Assembly: GCA_003598055.1 (NCBI GenBank)
Contig: QZKI01000121.1
Coordinates: forward strand, 7,102-71,101
Direction of reading: 5' to 3'
DNA from: Candidatus Abyssobacteria bacterium SURF_17
GTDB lineage: Bacteria; Abyssobacteria; SURF-5
Length of the DNA: 64,000 bases
The notes beneath the pieces were generated by a model. The model was not told the DNA's origin. It saw nothing but the letters and a program-made list of their open reading frames with translations, and did no database searches. Within the stretch, counting starts at the first letter, position 1, and every line of letters begins with the position of its first letter. Position numbers and translations under genes: made by a program. Of this stretch, positions 27,426 through 37,400 are shown piece by piece.

Positions 27426-28019
27426 CTACGAGATTTTCCCGAACATCTCTTCCAGCCGTTTTCGGCGGAATCTGAAAATCTCCTGCACTTGTTTGTGAAC
27501 AAGGAGATCGTTTACGAGCCCCGCGAATATCGGAACCGGAAGGGCGTAGTGAACGATATCCTTGAGCTCAACACCACCCTCCACTTCCTCGAAGTGATGC
27601 TGGTGATGCCAGAACCGATATGGTCCGAAGCGTTGTTCGTCGATGAACAGATGAGGCTCGTTGACGTGTGTGATTTCCGTGACCCACTTCACGGGAATTC
27701 CCATGAAGGGTCTTATGTAGTACGTCACTATCATACCCGCATACATTGTATCGGGCACCTCTGACGTAATCGTCAAGCCCAGAGACGGTGGAGTGATCTT
27801 TGCCAGATTCCTCGGATTTGAGAAGAAAGCCCATGCTTCGGCTATTGATGTCGGTACACGTTGACGTTCTCTGAGACTGAAGAGCCGCACTATCTTTGTC
27901 CTCTCCCGAACTCCCTGCAATAACTTGTGCGTTGAGTATAACTTGGCTAATTTCCTCTGTGCAATTCTCCTTGATTGGTCGCATTGCAAACTCAATTGCG
28001 CCGGCTCATTCTTTCTCAT
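27426..28019 (-). CDS. SRPBCC-superfamily (START/polyketide-cyclase-like) ligand-binding protein; start uncertain
   Basis: Family-like region SIAEAWAFFSNPRNLAKITPP...FWHHQHHFEEVEGG. Same strand as neighbours. Confidence 0.5.
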   Translation of the reverse strand: MRKNEPAQLSLQCDQSRRIAQRKLAKLYSTHKLLQGVRERTKIVRLFSLRERQRVPTSIAEAWAFFSNPRNLAKITPPSLGLTITSEVPDTMYAGMIVTYYIRPFMGIPVKWVTEITHVNEPHLFIDEQRFGPYRFWHHQHHFEEVEGGVELKDIVHYALPVPIFAGLVNDLLVHKQVQEIFRFRRKRLEEMFGKIS

Positions 28020-28046
28020 GTGGAAGGTGCTCTTTGGAGCACTTCA

Positions 28047-29183
28047 TTACTTGGACAGGGGCAACTCGTAGATCCGATGCGTCTTGTAAATTTTCGCTCC
28101 CGCAAATTCGAGTATCGAGCGTACCGGCATATTGTCTTCGAGAATCCATGAGTAGTCCGCGACTTTGAATCCTCTTCGAATCGCGTTCTTGAAAGCGACA
28201 TCCATCATGGCCGCGGCCACACCCGTCCGATGATATTCTCGATGCACGCCCATCATGAAGAGGCGGCCTTTCTTGATACGGGGCTTGTTCCATACCAGTT
28301 GTAGCATCTGAATGGGGCCCATTTTCCCGTTGAACTTCTTGAGGGCGACATTGTAATCCGGCAAGAACAAGAGGAATCCGATCGGTTTTCCTTCCAGCTC
28401 GCCTATGTAGGCAAGTTCGTCAATAACCAGGTGTTTCATGTGTCTGGCAAAATCGTCGATCTCAGCCTCCGTCAGGGGAACGAATCCCCAGTTCTTGCTC
28501 CACGCATTGTTGTACACTTCCTTCACGCGTTCCATCTCGCCGTGAATGTTCTTGAGGTCGACCTGACGAGCGACCACGTGGTTCTCCGCCGCTTTTTCAG
28601 CAATCTTGCTCATATATGACATGTTGACTTCGCCGTCGGGGTCCATGATCAAGTAGGAGTACAGGTCACACGCTTTCTTCAACCCGTATGTTTCAAGCAG
28701 GTTCGCGTAATAAGGAGGATTGTATGTGCTGAGCATGACGGGGTCAGTGTCGAATCCGTCAACCAGCAAGCCGCATTCATGATTCGTCGTGAAGTTGAAC
28801 GGCCCTCTCATGACGTCCATGCCCTTTTTCTTCAACCGCTCCCGGGCGGTATCAAGCAGGCGCGAGGCGATATCGAAATCGTTGATTGCCTCGAAGAAAC
28901 CGAAGGCCCCCATCTTTTCTTCGTGGAAATCTACATAGTTTCGGTCAATGCTCACCGAGATGCGCCCACACGTCGCGCCATCTTTCCGAGCAAGATAGTA
29001 TTCGGCCTCGGCATGCTGGAAAAACGGGTTTGCGGAACTCAGAAATCTCATCTGTTCCTTGATAATCGGAGGCACCCAATATTCATTCCCGCGATAGATT
29101 TCCCACGGAAATTTGATGAACTCCATCATGTCTGCTTGGGACGTAACGCGAACGATGTCAATCGAGCCCGCGCGGGCGGTCAT
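28047..29183 (-). CDS. GNAT-fold N-acyltransferase (COG3146 / FemAB-like family), 378 aa
   Basis: Length and motifs (FPWEIYRGNEYWVPP, GVHREYHRTGVAAAMM) are consistent with two-lobed acyl-CoA N-acyltransferases. Assignment is moderate. Confidence 0.5.
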   Translation of the reverse strand: MTARAGSIDIVRVTSQADMMEFIKFPWEIYRGNEYWVPPIIKEQMRFLSSANPFFQHAEAEYYLARKDGATCGRISVSIDRNYVDFHEEKMGAFGFFEAINDFDIASRLLDTARERLKKKGMDVMRGPFNFTTNHECGLLVDGFDTDPVMLSTYNPPYYANLLETYGLKKACDLYSYLIMDPDGEVNMSYMSKIAEKAAENHVVARQVDLKNIHGEMERVKEVYNNAWSKNWGFVPLTEAEIDDFARHMKHLVIDELAYIGELEGKPIGFLLFLPDYNVALKKFNGKMGPIQMLQLVWNKPRIKKGRLFMMGVHREYHRTGVAAAMMDVAFKNAIRRGFKVADYSWILEDNMPVRSILEFAGAKIYKTHRIYELPLSK

Positions 29184-29980
29184 GATTTCTTCTCCTCCTT
29201 TTTCGGAAACCAGGGAATGAAAGCCCTTGTCCTTTCGGCATAGCTGCGGTATTCAGGCTGGGCGGCAAGCATCGACTCCTCAAGAAGTGGGACACCGGAA
29301 ACTCTGAGCAGCAGGAAGGTGATGACAAGCGGGCTGATTATCGCCCACAGGCCATATGGAGTCGCGAGTGCGATGAGGAACATGCCCCACCATACCAGCG
29401 ATTCTCCAAAGTAGTTGGGGTGGCGCGTGTATGCCCAGAGCCCCCGGGTAAGCAGCTTGCTCTTGTTCGCGGGGTCCGCGGTGAAGCGTGCCAACTGCCA
29501 ATCTCCCACAGATTCGAAGAAGAATCCGACCGCCCAGACGCATGCGCCCACGATATCAAGCCATACGAGTTGTTCCGGCGTCTTCGAGAGTTGGCCTATC
29601 TGCACAACAAGAGAAATTACCCACAGCAGCAGCGCTTGAAGCCCGAAGACCGTGAATAGGCTTACCCACCAGAAACGGTCGCCGTGTTTCTCTCTCATGG
29701 TCCGGTAGCGAGGGTCTTCACCTTTTCCTCGATTCCTGAACGCAATGTGGACGGCAAGGCGCAGTCCCCACGCGGTCGTAAGCAGAGAAATCAGCACCTC
29801 GCGTCCCCAATAGCCATCGGCTTGGGCAAAGCTTAGCCAGGCAATGACCACGAAACCCAACCCCCAGAAGATGTCAACGATGCTGGCGTCTTTCTTGGCC
29901 ACACTCAGGAGCCAGACACAAAACATCAGCGCCATTGCCGCTGCGAGATTCGTGCCGAATACAGCCCACGCGGGAGTCAT
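29180..29980 (-). CDS. DUF1295-family membrane protein (steroid 5-alpha-reductase / ICMT / PEMT-like fold)
   Basis: Multi-TM protein with EDPRYRTMREKHGDRFWW and RHPNYFGE, the hallmark motifs of DUF1295/ICMT-type proteins. Overlaps the downstream acyltransferase start. Confidence 0.7.
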   Translation of the reverse strand: MTPAWAVFGTNLAAAMALMFCVWLLSVAKKDASIVDIFWGLGFVVIAWLSFAQADGYWGREVLISLLTTAWGLRLAVHIAFRNRGKGEDPRYRTMREKHGDRFWWVSLFTVFGLQALLLWVISLVVQIGQLSKTPEQLVWLDIVGACVWAVGFFFESVGDWQLARFTADPANKSKLLTRGLWAYTRHPNYFGESLVWWGMFLIALATPYGLWAIISPLVITFLLLRVSGVPLLEESMLAAQPEYRSYAERTRAFIPWFPKKEEKKS

Positions 29981-30093
29981 GAGTCGGTCCCTTCACATGC
30001 CAGTTCGCGCCCTCAAGAAACTCTGCGCGTTACGCAAGATGGTTGTCAGCTGTCGGTTCGATAAACCAAGATACTATGCCATCTGGCAGCGCC

Positions 30094-31515
30094 TCATGCA
30101 ATTGACCGGTGCGGATTCAACGGGTCATAAACGACTCTGCCGGCATGTCGTTCAGAGATTGCAACACGGATTTCTTCGTGTACTGCACGGGTGAGCGGAT
30201 ACGTAAGAAGAATGATGAAAGCCAAGAGGTTACAGACGCACGGCGCCAGACAATAAAGAATGCGGAGCGTGACCTGCACCGTTGCCGACTGTTCGGCATT
30301 GGGCTCATACCCGGCATAACCGAGGATGGCAAACGCCACACCTACCCCGAACGCTGCAGCAAGCTTTCTCGTGATTGACCAAATCCCAATATAGTGGCCT
30401 TCCCTGCGCTCTCCAGAAAGAAGTTCGTCGTAATCAATGACGTCCGCCTGCATTGCGGACGGAAGCGCGACGGTCGCGCCGAAAGCGGTTCCCGACAGGA
30501 ACACCAATATGCCATACACCAACGTATCGCCGGGACCCAGAAAGAAAACGCCGAAGAAAGCTCCTGTGTTAATTGCCATCGCGGCCAGCCATGCCTTCTT
30601 CCTATCCCATTTCTGTGCGAGAACAACCCATCCCGGCAAAAAGAGAATGCCGGTCAGGAAATAGAGAACAAGAAACAGGTCTGCGTGCGCTGAGCGGAGG
30701 ATGTACTGGACATAATAAAGAATCAGCACGGCAGGCAGATTATTGCCGAGCGAGCTGACCGTGTTTGCGGTAATCAAGATGAGAAAGGGCCGGTTGCGAA
30801 TTACGAGGCCAAGGCCCCGTATCATGGTGAATGAGGCCGACGCTCGCTGGTGAATCCTTTCCCGGAGGGATATCACGCACCACCAACCGAACCCTACGAT
30901 GAGCGGCGCATAAAGAACTGACAGCCAGAAGAATTTGGACCGCTCCCCTTCAGCATTCGGCGGCAACCTGAGAACCCAGGCAACAACTACGGGCGAACTC
31001 GCAGCCGCCAGCGTTCCCACAATGAGCGCGCCATCCCTCATGCTGAACAAAGCGGTCCTCTCATCATAGTCGAACGTGAGTTCCGGCCCCAAGGACTCGT
31101 AAGGCACAACAATAACTGTCCAGAACAGAAATACCATGAAAATCCAGACGCCGAACCAGGCTGTCTCGAACATGGGAGAAGCCATCGGAGGGTTAAACAA
31201 GAGATATATGGAGGCGGCAAGAATTATCACGCCGCCAGCGATGTACGGGCGGCGCCTCCCGAAGCGCGTTCTCGTTCTGTCGGAGAGAAAACCCATCAGC
31301 GGGTCCGTGAGCGCATCAAAGATGCGAACACCAAGGAGAAGATGGCCGAGAATGGCGATGTTGACTCCTACGGTATCCGTGTAGAACTTCGGAATGTGGA
31401 TGTACAGCGGAATACCCACGACGGCGAGCGCAAATGCGGGGGCGGAATATGCAAGTTTCTTGCTTGTTGGAATCTTGCCCTGATTGCTTATATTCATCCG
31501 GATTTGTCTGGACAA
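30094..31515 (-). CDS. MFS transporter, glycoside-pentoside-hexuronide (GPH) cation symporter family
   Basis: D(A)LTDPLMGFLSDRTRTRFGRRRPYI motif typical of MelB/GPH. 12-TM hydrophobicity. Confidence 0.85.
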   Translation of the reverse strand: MSRQIRMNISNQGKIPTSKKLAYSAPAFALAVVGIPLYIHIPKFYTDTVGVNIAILGHLLLGVRIFDALTDPLMGFLSDRTRTRFGRRRPYIAGGVIILAASIYLLFNPPMASPMFETAWFGVWIFMVFLFWTVIVVPYESLGPELTFDYDERTALFSMRDGALIVGTLAAASSPVVVAWVLRLPPNAEGERSKFFWLSVLYAPLIVGFGWWCVISLRERIHQRASASFTMIRGLGLVIRNRPFLILITANTVSSLGNNLPAVLILYYVQYILRSAHADLFLVLYFLTGILFLPGWVVLAQKWDRKKAWLAAMAINTGAFFGVFFLGPGDTLVYGILVFLSGTAFGATVALPSAMQADVIDYDELLSGERREGHYIGIWSITRKLAAAFGVGVAFAILGYAGYEPNAEQSATVQVTLRILYCLAPCVCNLLAFIILLTYPLTRAVHEEIRVAISERHAGRVVYDPLNPHRSIA

Positions 31516-31799
31516 ATGGCGGCGCCGAAGCGGCCGAATGCAGCCGGCGGACTAGGCCCACAACAAAGAGTCCCACGCGATAAGCCTATTATACCCCCTG
31601 CTTGCCGGCAAATGCCAATTCGCCGGCTATTGGCTTCTCGCGTCCTATGAATGACGCGCTCGACCGAACCCATTTCGCACCAGCTTGCCTTTTCACAATG
31701 AATGTGCATAGTCTTGTTTAGGCGTGGGGAAATAAGCGCGCCCATTTTCAGGAAGGCAAGGCTGGGTCTCGAAATGGAAAACAACCAATACCCGGGAGA

Positions 31800-32714
31800 A
31801 TGCACATGAAAGCACTAATTACCGGCGGTCTTGGATTTGTCGGCACGCAGTTATGCTCTCGTCTTCTCAAGAAAGGGCATGCAGTCACAATCGTAGACCA
31901 TTCGCCCCGCCCTCACTCCGGTACGCCGCCGGAAGTGAAATACGTAGCCGGTGACACCACGGCCAGAGGTTCTTGGCAAGACGAGGTCGGGAAGCAGGAT
32001 GCAATCATCAATTTGGCCGGGGCTTCAATCTTCAGGCGCTGGACGGATGAGACCAAGAAGCTGATACATGACAGCAGGGTCCTGACCACCCGCAATGTCG
32101 TTGAGGCGATGGCACAGAAGCGGGACGTGACGCTGTGCAGCGCGTCGGCGGTGGGCTATTATGGTTTCCGGGGCGACGAAGAGGTTACGGAAAAGGGCAA
32201 ACCCGGCGACGACTTTCTTGCTCGTCTCTGTTCCGACTGGGAGAACGAGGCTCACAAGGCGTCGCGTGACGGGGCCAGAGTTGTTGTTACCCGATTCGGC
32301 ATCGTTCTCGGCAAGACCGGCGGGGCGCTGGGGCAAATGATCCCTGCGTTCAAATGGTTTGTCGGAGGCCCGCTGGGAAGCGGCAACCAGTGGTTCTCAT
32401 GGATTCATATGGAGGACCTCCTGGGAGCGATTCTGTTTGTTCTTGAAAAGCACGACCTCGAAGGGCCTGTCAACCTCTGCTCGCCGAATCCCGTCAGGAA
32501 CAAGGAACTGGCGAAAGCACTGGGAAAAATTCTGGGCCGCCCATCTTTTCTGAAAGCGCCCGGTTTCATGATACGCGCAATTCTTGGAGAATTCGGTTCT
32601 GTGCTACTGGAGGGCCAAAGGGTTATTCCCGATAGGCTGCTCAAGGAAGGATTCGCGTTTCACTATCCGGAGCTTACGGATGCGCTGCAGGAGGTCGTTG
32701 GAAAAAAAAGATAA
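31800..32714 (+). CDS. TIGR01777-family NAD-dependent epimerase/dehydratase (YfcH-like, DUF1731 C-terminus)
   Basis: N-terminal ITGGLGFVG Rossmann motif. About 300 aa with the conserved C-terminal extension. Confidence 0.8.
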   Translation: MHMKALITGGLGFVGTQLCSRLLKKGHAVTIVDHSPRPHSGTPPEVKYVAGDTTARGSWQDEVGKQDAIINLAGASIFRRWTDETKKLIHDSRVLTTRNVVEAMAQKRDVTLCSASAVGYYGFRGDEEVTEKGKPGDDFLARLCSDWENEAHKASRDGARVVVTRFGIVLGKTGGALGQMIPAFKWFVGGPLGSGNQWFSWIHMEDLLGAILFVLEKHDLEGPVNLCSPNPVRNKELAKALGKILGRPSFLKAPGFMIRAILGEFGSVLLEGQRVIPDRLLKEGFAFHYPELTDALQEVVGKKR

Positions 32715-32956
32715 GAAATCGTGCGGGACATCCTTGGGACCGGTTGGATACCTGCCAGATAAAGCAAGAGGGAGGCCTCGCTGTCGCCACTCGAAGCCTC
32801 CCCTTCCGTGAATCATCCTAACAAGAAGACTTACACTTGCAGGTCCCGCTGAGCTTCTTACTCACCTTGCGAATCTTCATCCCACGTCACCTCCTCCGCG
32901 AGGTTGGCGCGGCAAACCGTTTGCCGCGACTGGGATAATTATATCATTTGAATACG

Positions 32957-33166
32957 TCAGAGTTCAACCGGCTCACAGAGGTTCGCAGCTTTGGCTGCGG
33001 CTCGTCCGCATATGTGACATACGTATTGAGCGTTCTTGGCCAACCTGCCGACCTTATCCATCTGGCGCTTCGCTGTGAGCTCGCAGAGATGGTTGCCGTG
33101 ACCGCCGTGAGACTTCATGAGCTTGTGTTCTGGGACTGTCATCTTCTTCGCTTGTGCCTGGGCCAT
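32957..33166 (-). CDS. Small Cys/His-rich protein (69 aa), putative metal-binding
   Basis: Contains HGGHGNH, HLCE, CHICGR and CEP. Weak RBS aaagg. Co-directional with the upstream 116-aa gene. Confidence 0.4.
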   Translation of the reverse strand: MAQAQAKKMTVPEHKLMKSHGGHGNHLCELTAKRQMDKVGRLAKNAQYVCHICGRAAAKAANLCEPVEL

Positions 33167-33230
33167 TACAATCCGCCTTTCTTCCTATAATCACTCACCC
33201 TAAAAATAGTTGGTCGCAGAGTCCGTGGAT

Positions 33231-33581
33231 TTAACCACCCTGAACGTTCTCGTCGCGGTCAACCGCCAGCCCTTTGTGTACGTCGCGAACATGCTTCTCT
33301 TTCAACTCTGCGGTTCCCGGCGGCGTCTTCGCGAAATAGAATTCAAAGGCGTCTTCGTTCACCGAAACACGAATGTCAGCCTTGTGATGCTCAGCATAGT
33401 CACGCACGCATTTCCAACTCTCAAGCGCGCACGCTTCCTGAGGGGCTCCTGTCTTCTTTGCCTTGTCATACCAGGCGAGAAGCGAGAACTTCCCCGCCAT
33501 ATCGGCCGCAGCCTCACGCGCAGCCTTTTCGGCCTTCGCGTAATCGACGCCTGAGCCCAATTTCAGATTGATGTTCTTCAT
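33231..33581 (-). CDS. Hypothetical protein (116 aa)
   Basis: Strong RBS aaggagg 7 nt upstream of the ATG. Protein-like composition. No recognised motif. Confidence 0.6.
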   Translation of the reverse strand: MKNINLKLGSGVDYAKAEKAAREAAADMAGKFSLLAWYDKAKKTGAPQEACALESWKCVRDYAEHHKADIRVSVNEDAFEFYFAKTPPGTAELKEKHVRDVHKGLAVDRDENVQGG

Positions 33582-33863
33582 GCCTCGTACCTCCTTGTTT
33601 GTCCTCTAAAGAATGTCCCGCGCGCATAGAACCGCATAGTCCTGGCGCTTGTTACAAATATAACGTTCATCGTAGCCGGACGCTAGTGGGCCGCCGGTAG
33701 TTCGGCATGGAACGACTTTCCTTGCGGATCGGTCGCTTATGGGATGCAAAGCTCACAATTTTCCGCAAACACTCACTCGCGATATGTGCTCTTGTCTATC
33801 CGCATGATTCTGTCCATAATTGAAGCGGGCATGTTTCAGAAAAATAAACCGCAGGAGCGAATC

Positions 33864-33977
33864 ATGAAAACTCTCTTGATCGTAGTCGGCTTGATTCTCT
33901 TGCTAGGCATATCCGCTTTCGCAATCATGGCGCTGAAAGCAACGTCGGGGAGACCAAAGGGGCCCACCGGCGACTAA
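33864..33977 (+). CDS. Putative 37-aa single-TM micropeptide
   Basis: RBS aggag 7 nt upstream. MKTLLIVVGLILLLGISAFAIMALK followed by a basic tail. Unsupported beyond sequence features. Confidence 0.3.
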   Translation: MKTLLIVVGLILLLGISAFAIMALKATSGRPKGPTGD

Positions 33978-34439
33978 CATTGAGCACAGGATTGGTGTAT
34001 TGTCGCTGGCATCCTATCACGGAGTCGACATACCATTCGGGCTGATGCATTCCTGATGAAGCCACTCTGCATCATTGCATCTTGAGTCATTCAGGTTGAG
34101 TGAGGATCTGTTATGACCCAGAAAAGTCGTGAGCCCAAAAAAATGCCCGGCCCTCAAAGATCAGGCATATGGGAATCATTGTTGAGGATGTTGAAAGGAC
34201 GGCGCTCTCTCTGGGTTTCGGCATCCTGTTTGCGATGATTCCGACGCTGTACTTGGCCGCTGAGGATGCGAGACGTGTCAACGCCAAAATCCGTCACGCC
34301 CTATTATCGGACTCGAAATCTCAACTGGAGCCGGGATCCGGTGGCAGGTAGGATGCACAGTTGGGGGTAGCATCCGCTCTCAAAAAGTGAAGGTTCCGCT
34401 TTCAACGCTGCGCTTCAGAAAGATTCAACCAGGTTTCCC

Positions 34440-37400
34440 TCAGAAATATAGGTGTCGCTCGCCGTGCTCAATCATGCCGACGCGCTTCTCGGTTTCGGCG
34501 CGGGTCATGGAAGAGGAAATCTGGTTCGAAGCCTTCCGTATCAGCGCCAGGCCTGCCTCCCGGACTTCGGAGCCTGCGTAGTCTTCCAGATACTCCTTGA
34601 AGGTCAATATCGCATTTGGCAGACAGTAATCCTTAATGAGGCCGGGTTTCGCAAGGTTCATGAAGTGGGCTCCCGTTCGTCCCAGCTTGTAGCAGGCAGT
34701 GCAGAAGGAAGGAATATGTCCCCTATTCACAAGCGGAAGAATGGCGTCGTCGAGATTTCGCGCCCCGTCCACACCTCTGCTCGAATCTATTCCCAACTCA
34801 CCATCAACTCGGCTGCTGGGGTCGGTTCGACTGCCGGCGCTCACCTGCGAAACGCCGAGCGTGAACATTTCGGCTTGCATTTCCGGCGGTGCTTGCGTGC
34901 TTGTAACAATTCCCGCATACGGGACAGCCAGCCGCAGCACGGCTATGACCCTCTTGAAATCTGAATCTGTGAGTGATGGAACAGATTGTTCTGTAGATGA
35001 GGAGTCCTTTGCAGGCTTGAGCCGAAACAAACCGAGCGTGCGCGGCCCTATGCCGTATACGTGTTCGAGATGCCGAATGTGTTGGAGAAGCGCAAGAACC
35101 TCGAAACGATAATCATAAAGCCCGAATAGCAGGCTGATTCCGCTATCACTGATACCACCTTCGAACGCGTGGCCGATGGCATTCAGCCTCCGGGTGTATT
35201 CCGCCGAGGAATCTTCCCCGTGGAGTTTCTTGAACGTGGGCACATGATAGGTTTCCTGAAAGAGCTGGTATGCTGCTATCTTTGACGCTTTCAGTTGCCG
35301 GAATTCCTTCACCGCAAACGGAGGAGCATTCAGGCTAACGTGGCGGATTTCTCCCTCTTCCCCGTGAGTGGACCAAATGGTCGCAATCGACTGCAGGAGA
35401 TAATCGAGTCCCCCATGGGGAACGCCATTGCCGGCAACGAGTAGAACGCGCTTATGTCCTCGCCTCTCAATCAGGCGCACTTCCTCAGCAATTTCCCCTT
35501 GCGACAACGCCTTGGCCTGCTTCTTTCTATCGCTCACGCGAAGGAAGCAATCTTTACAGTCTTCCCGGCAAAAGCTCGATACATATAAGGGAGCGAAAAC
35601 CACGAGTCTATTCCCGAAAATTGACTTTTTGACTTCGTGCGCTGCCTGAAACATCTCCTCCGTGACCGCAGGGCTCGTGCATTGGAGCAGAACCGCTGCT
35701 TCTTCCGTGTGCAGCCCTTTAAGCTCGCGAGCCTTCTTGATGACCTCCTTCACGCGGTCATCCCCCACCCTCGCCGTTGAATCAATATAGTTCTGTATCA
35801 CCCCCTCATCAATGAAGGCCTTCGGCGCCCCGCCGATTTCGATTCCGACCGATTTCTGGGCGCCTTCCTGTGGCGCGACCGGAAGATGCACCGTAAAAGT
35901 GCTGCCGTGTTCCTCCTTGCTCTCCACCGTTATTCTGCCGCCGTGCTGGCTGACGATTTCCTTCACAATCGACAATCCCAGGCCTGTTCCGATTTTCTCC
36001 ATGTCCCGCGCACTTTGAGTCCGAAAGAACTCGTTGAAAATCCGCGGAATGTCCGCCTGCGGAATTCCAATCCCTGTATCGCTTACTTCTATCTTTACGG
36101 ATGTGCTGTCATCGCAGGTACAGAGCATCTTGACGCGCCCGCCCGTCGGAGTGTACTTTATCGCGTTGGAAATCAGATTCTCGAACATCTGTTGAATCAT
36201 TTCCTCGTCGCACTTGATGCCGGGCACGGCATCAGGAATGACAGTCTCAAAGCAAATTCCCTTTTTCTCCGCCTCTGTTTGAAATGTCCGCTGCACCCCT
36301 CTCATCAGCGTAGATACGTCGACAACTTTATGCACTACACTCCGCTTGTCTCTTCTCTGTGCATACAACACCATAAGCTCGTTTATCATGGAGAGCATAT
36401 TACGAATGGGGTATTCAATCCGGCGCAGATAGGACAACTGCCGGTCGTTCAAGTCGCCCAGATACTTCCCTTGCACGACATCAAGGATGCTTATCGCTGC
36501 TGCCAAAGGCGCGCGCAGATTGTGGGTGACGCGCATCATGAACCTCGACCGCTCCTTCACCATTTCCTCGATTTCTTCGTAATAGCGCGCGTTCTCGAGC
36601 GCTATGGCCACAAGCCCGGCGGCCAGCCTGAAGAAATCCACGTCATCACTGCCAAACTCCTCGGCACGCTTTGAATACGCTCCCAGAATTCCGGTGACTC
36701 GGTCCTCCACGGTCAGAGGCACAAACAAAACCGACCTTACCTGCGCTGCTTTCAGATCTTCTCCGAACTGGAACAACTCCCGCTGCGTGACGTGCCCCGT
36801 TACAAACGGGTCCCCCTCGATAATCCTCCGGTTCAAAGGGCTCTTGGCAACCTCGATGACCTTGTCCCTTATTAGCTCACTTGGCAAACCGTATGCAGCG
36901 GCATAGCGAAGTACTTTGCCGTCGTCACTGAGCAATTTGACTGACATTCCTTGCACGTTCATCACTGCAGCAAGTTCCGAAGTGGTGATGTTCATAAGGT
37001 GCTCAAGTCGCTGGTTCGAGACGATGGCTTGGGTCATCACGTAGAGACTTCTGAGCTTGTTGTTGAGGGTCGTCAATTCCTCCGACAGTTCCGCAAGGCT
37101 TACAATCCGCTTCCTGAGCATGCTCATGATAGCGGTTGTTGAAAATGCGGTTATGAACACTGTGGTCGTGAAGAAAATTAAGTTGACCATCATGTGGAAT
37201 GGCGACTGAATGAGATTGAGGGTTCTCCCGTGGAAGATGAGTGAGTGATGCGAAATCCAGCCGAGATATTCTCCAAGGGAAACGAGGGCCATGCCGGCAG
37301 CCGCCAGCGCTGCAAAACCGTATGCCGAGCGCGGACGCAGGAGAATGGACGCGAAGATGATGTGGAAGATGAAGAAGAGTGTGAGCGGACTCGAAACGCC

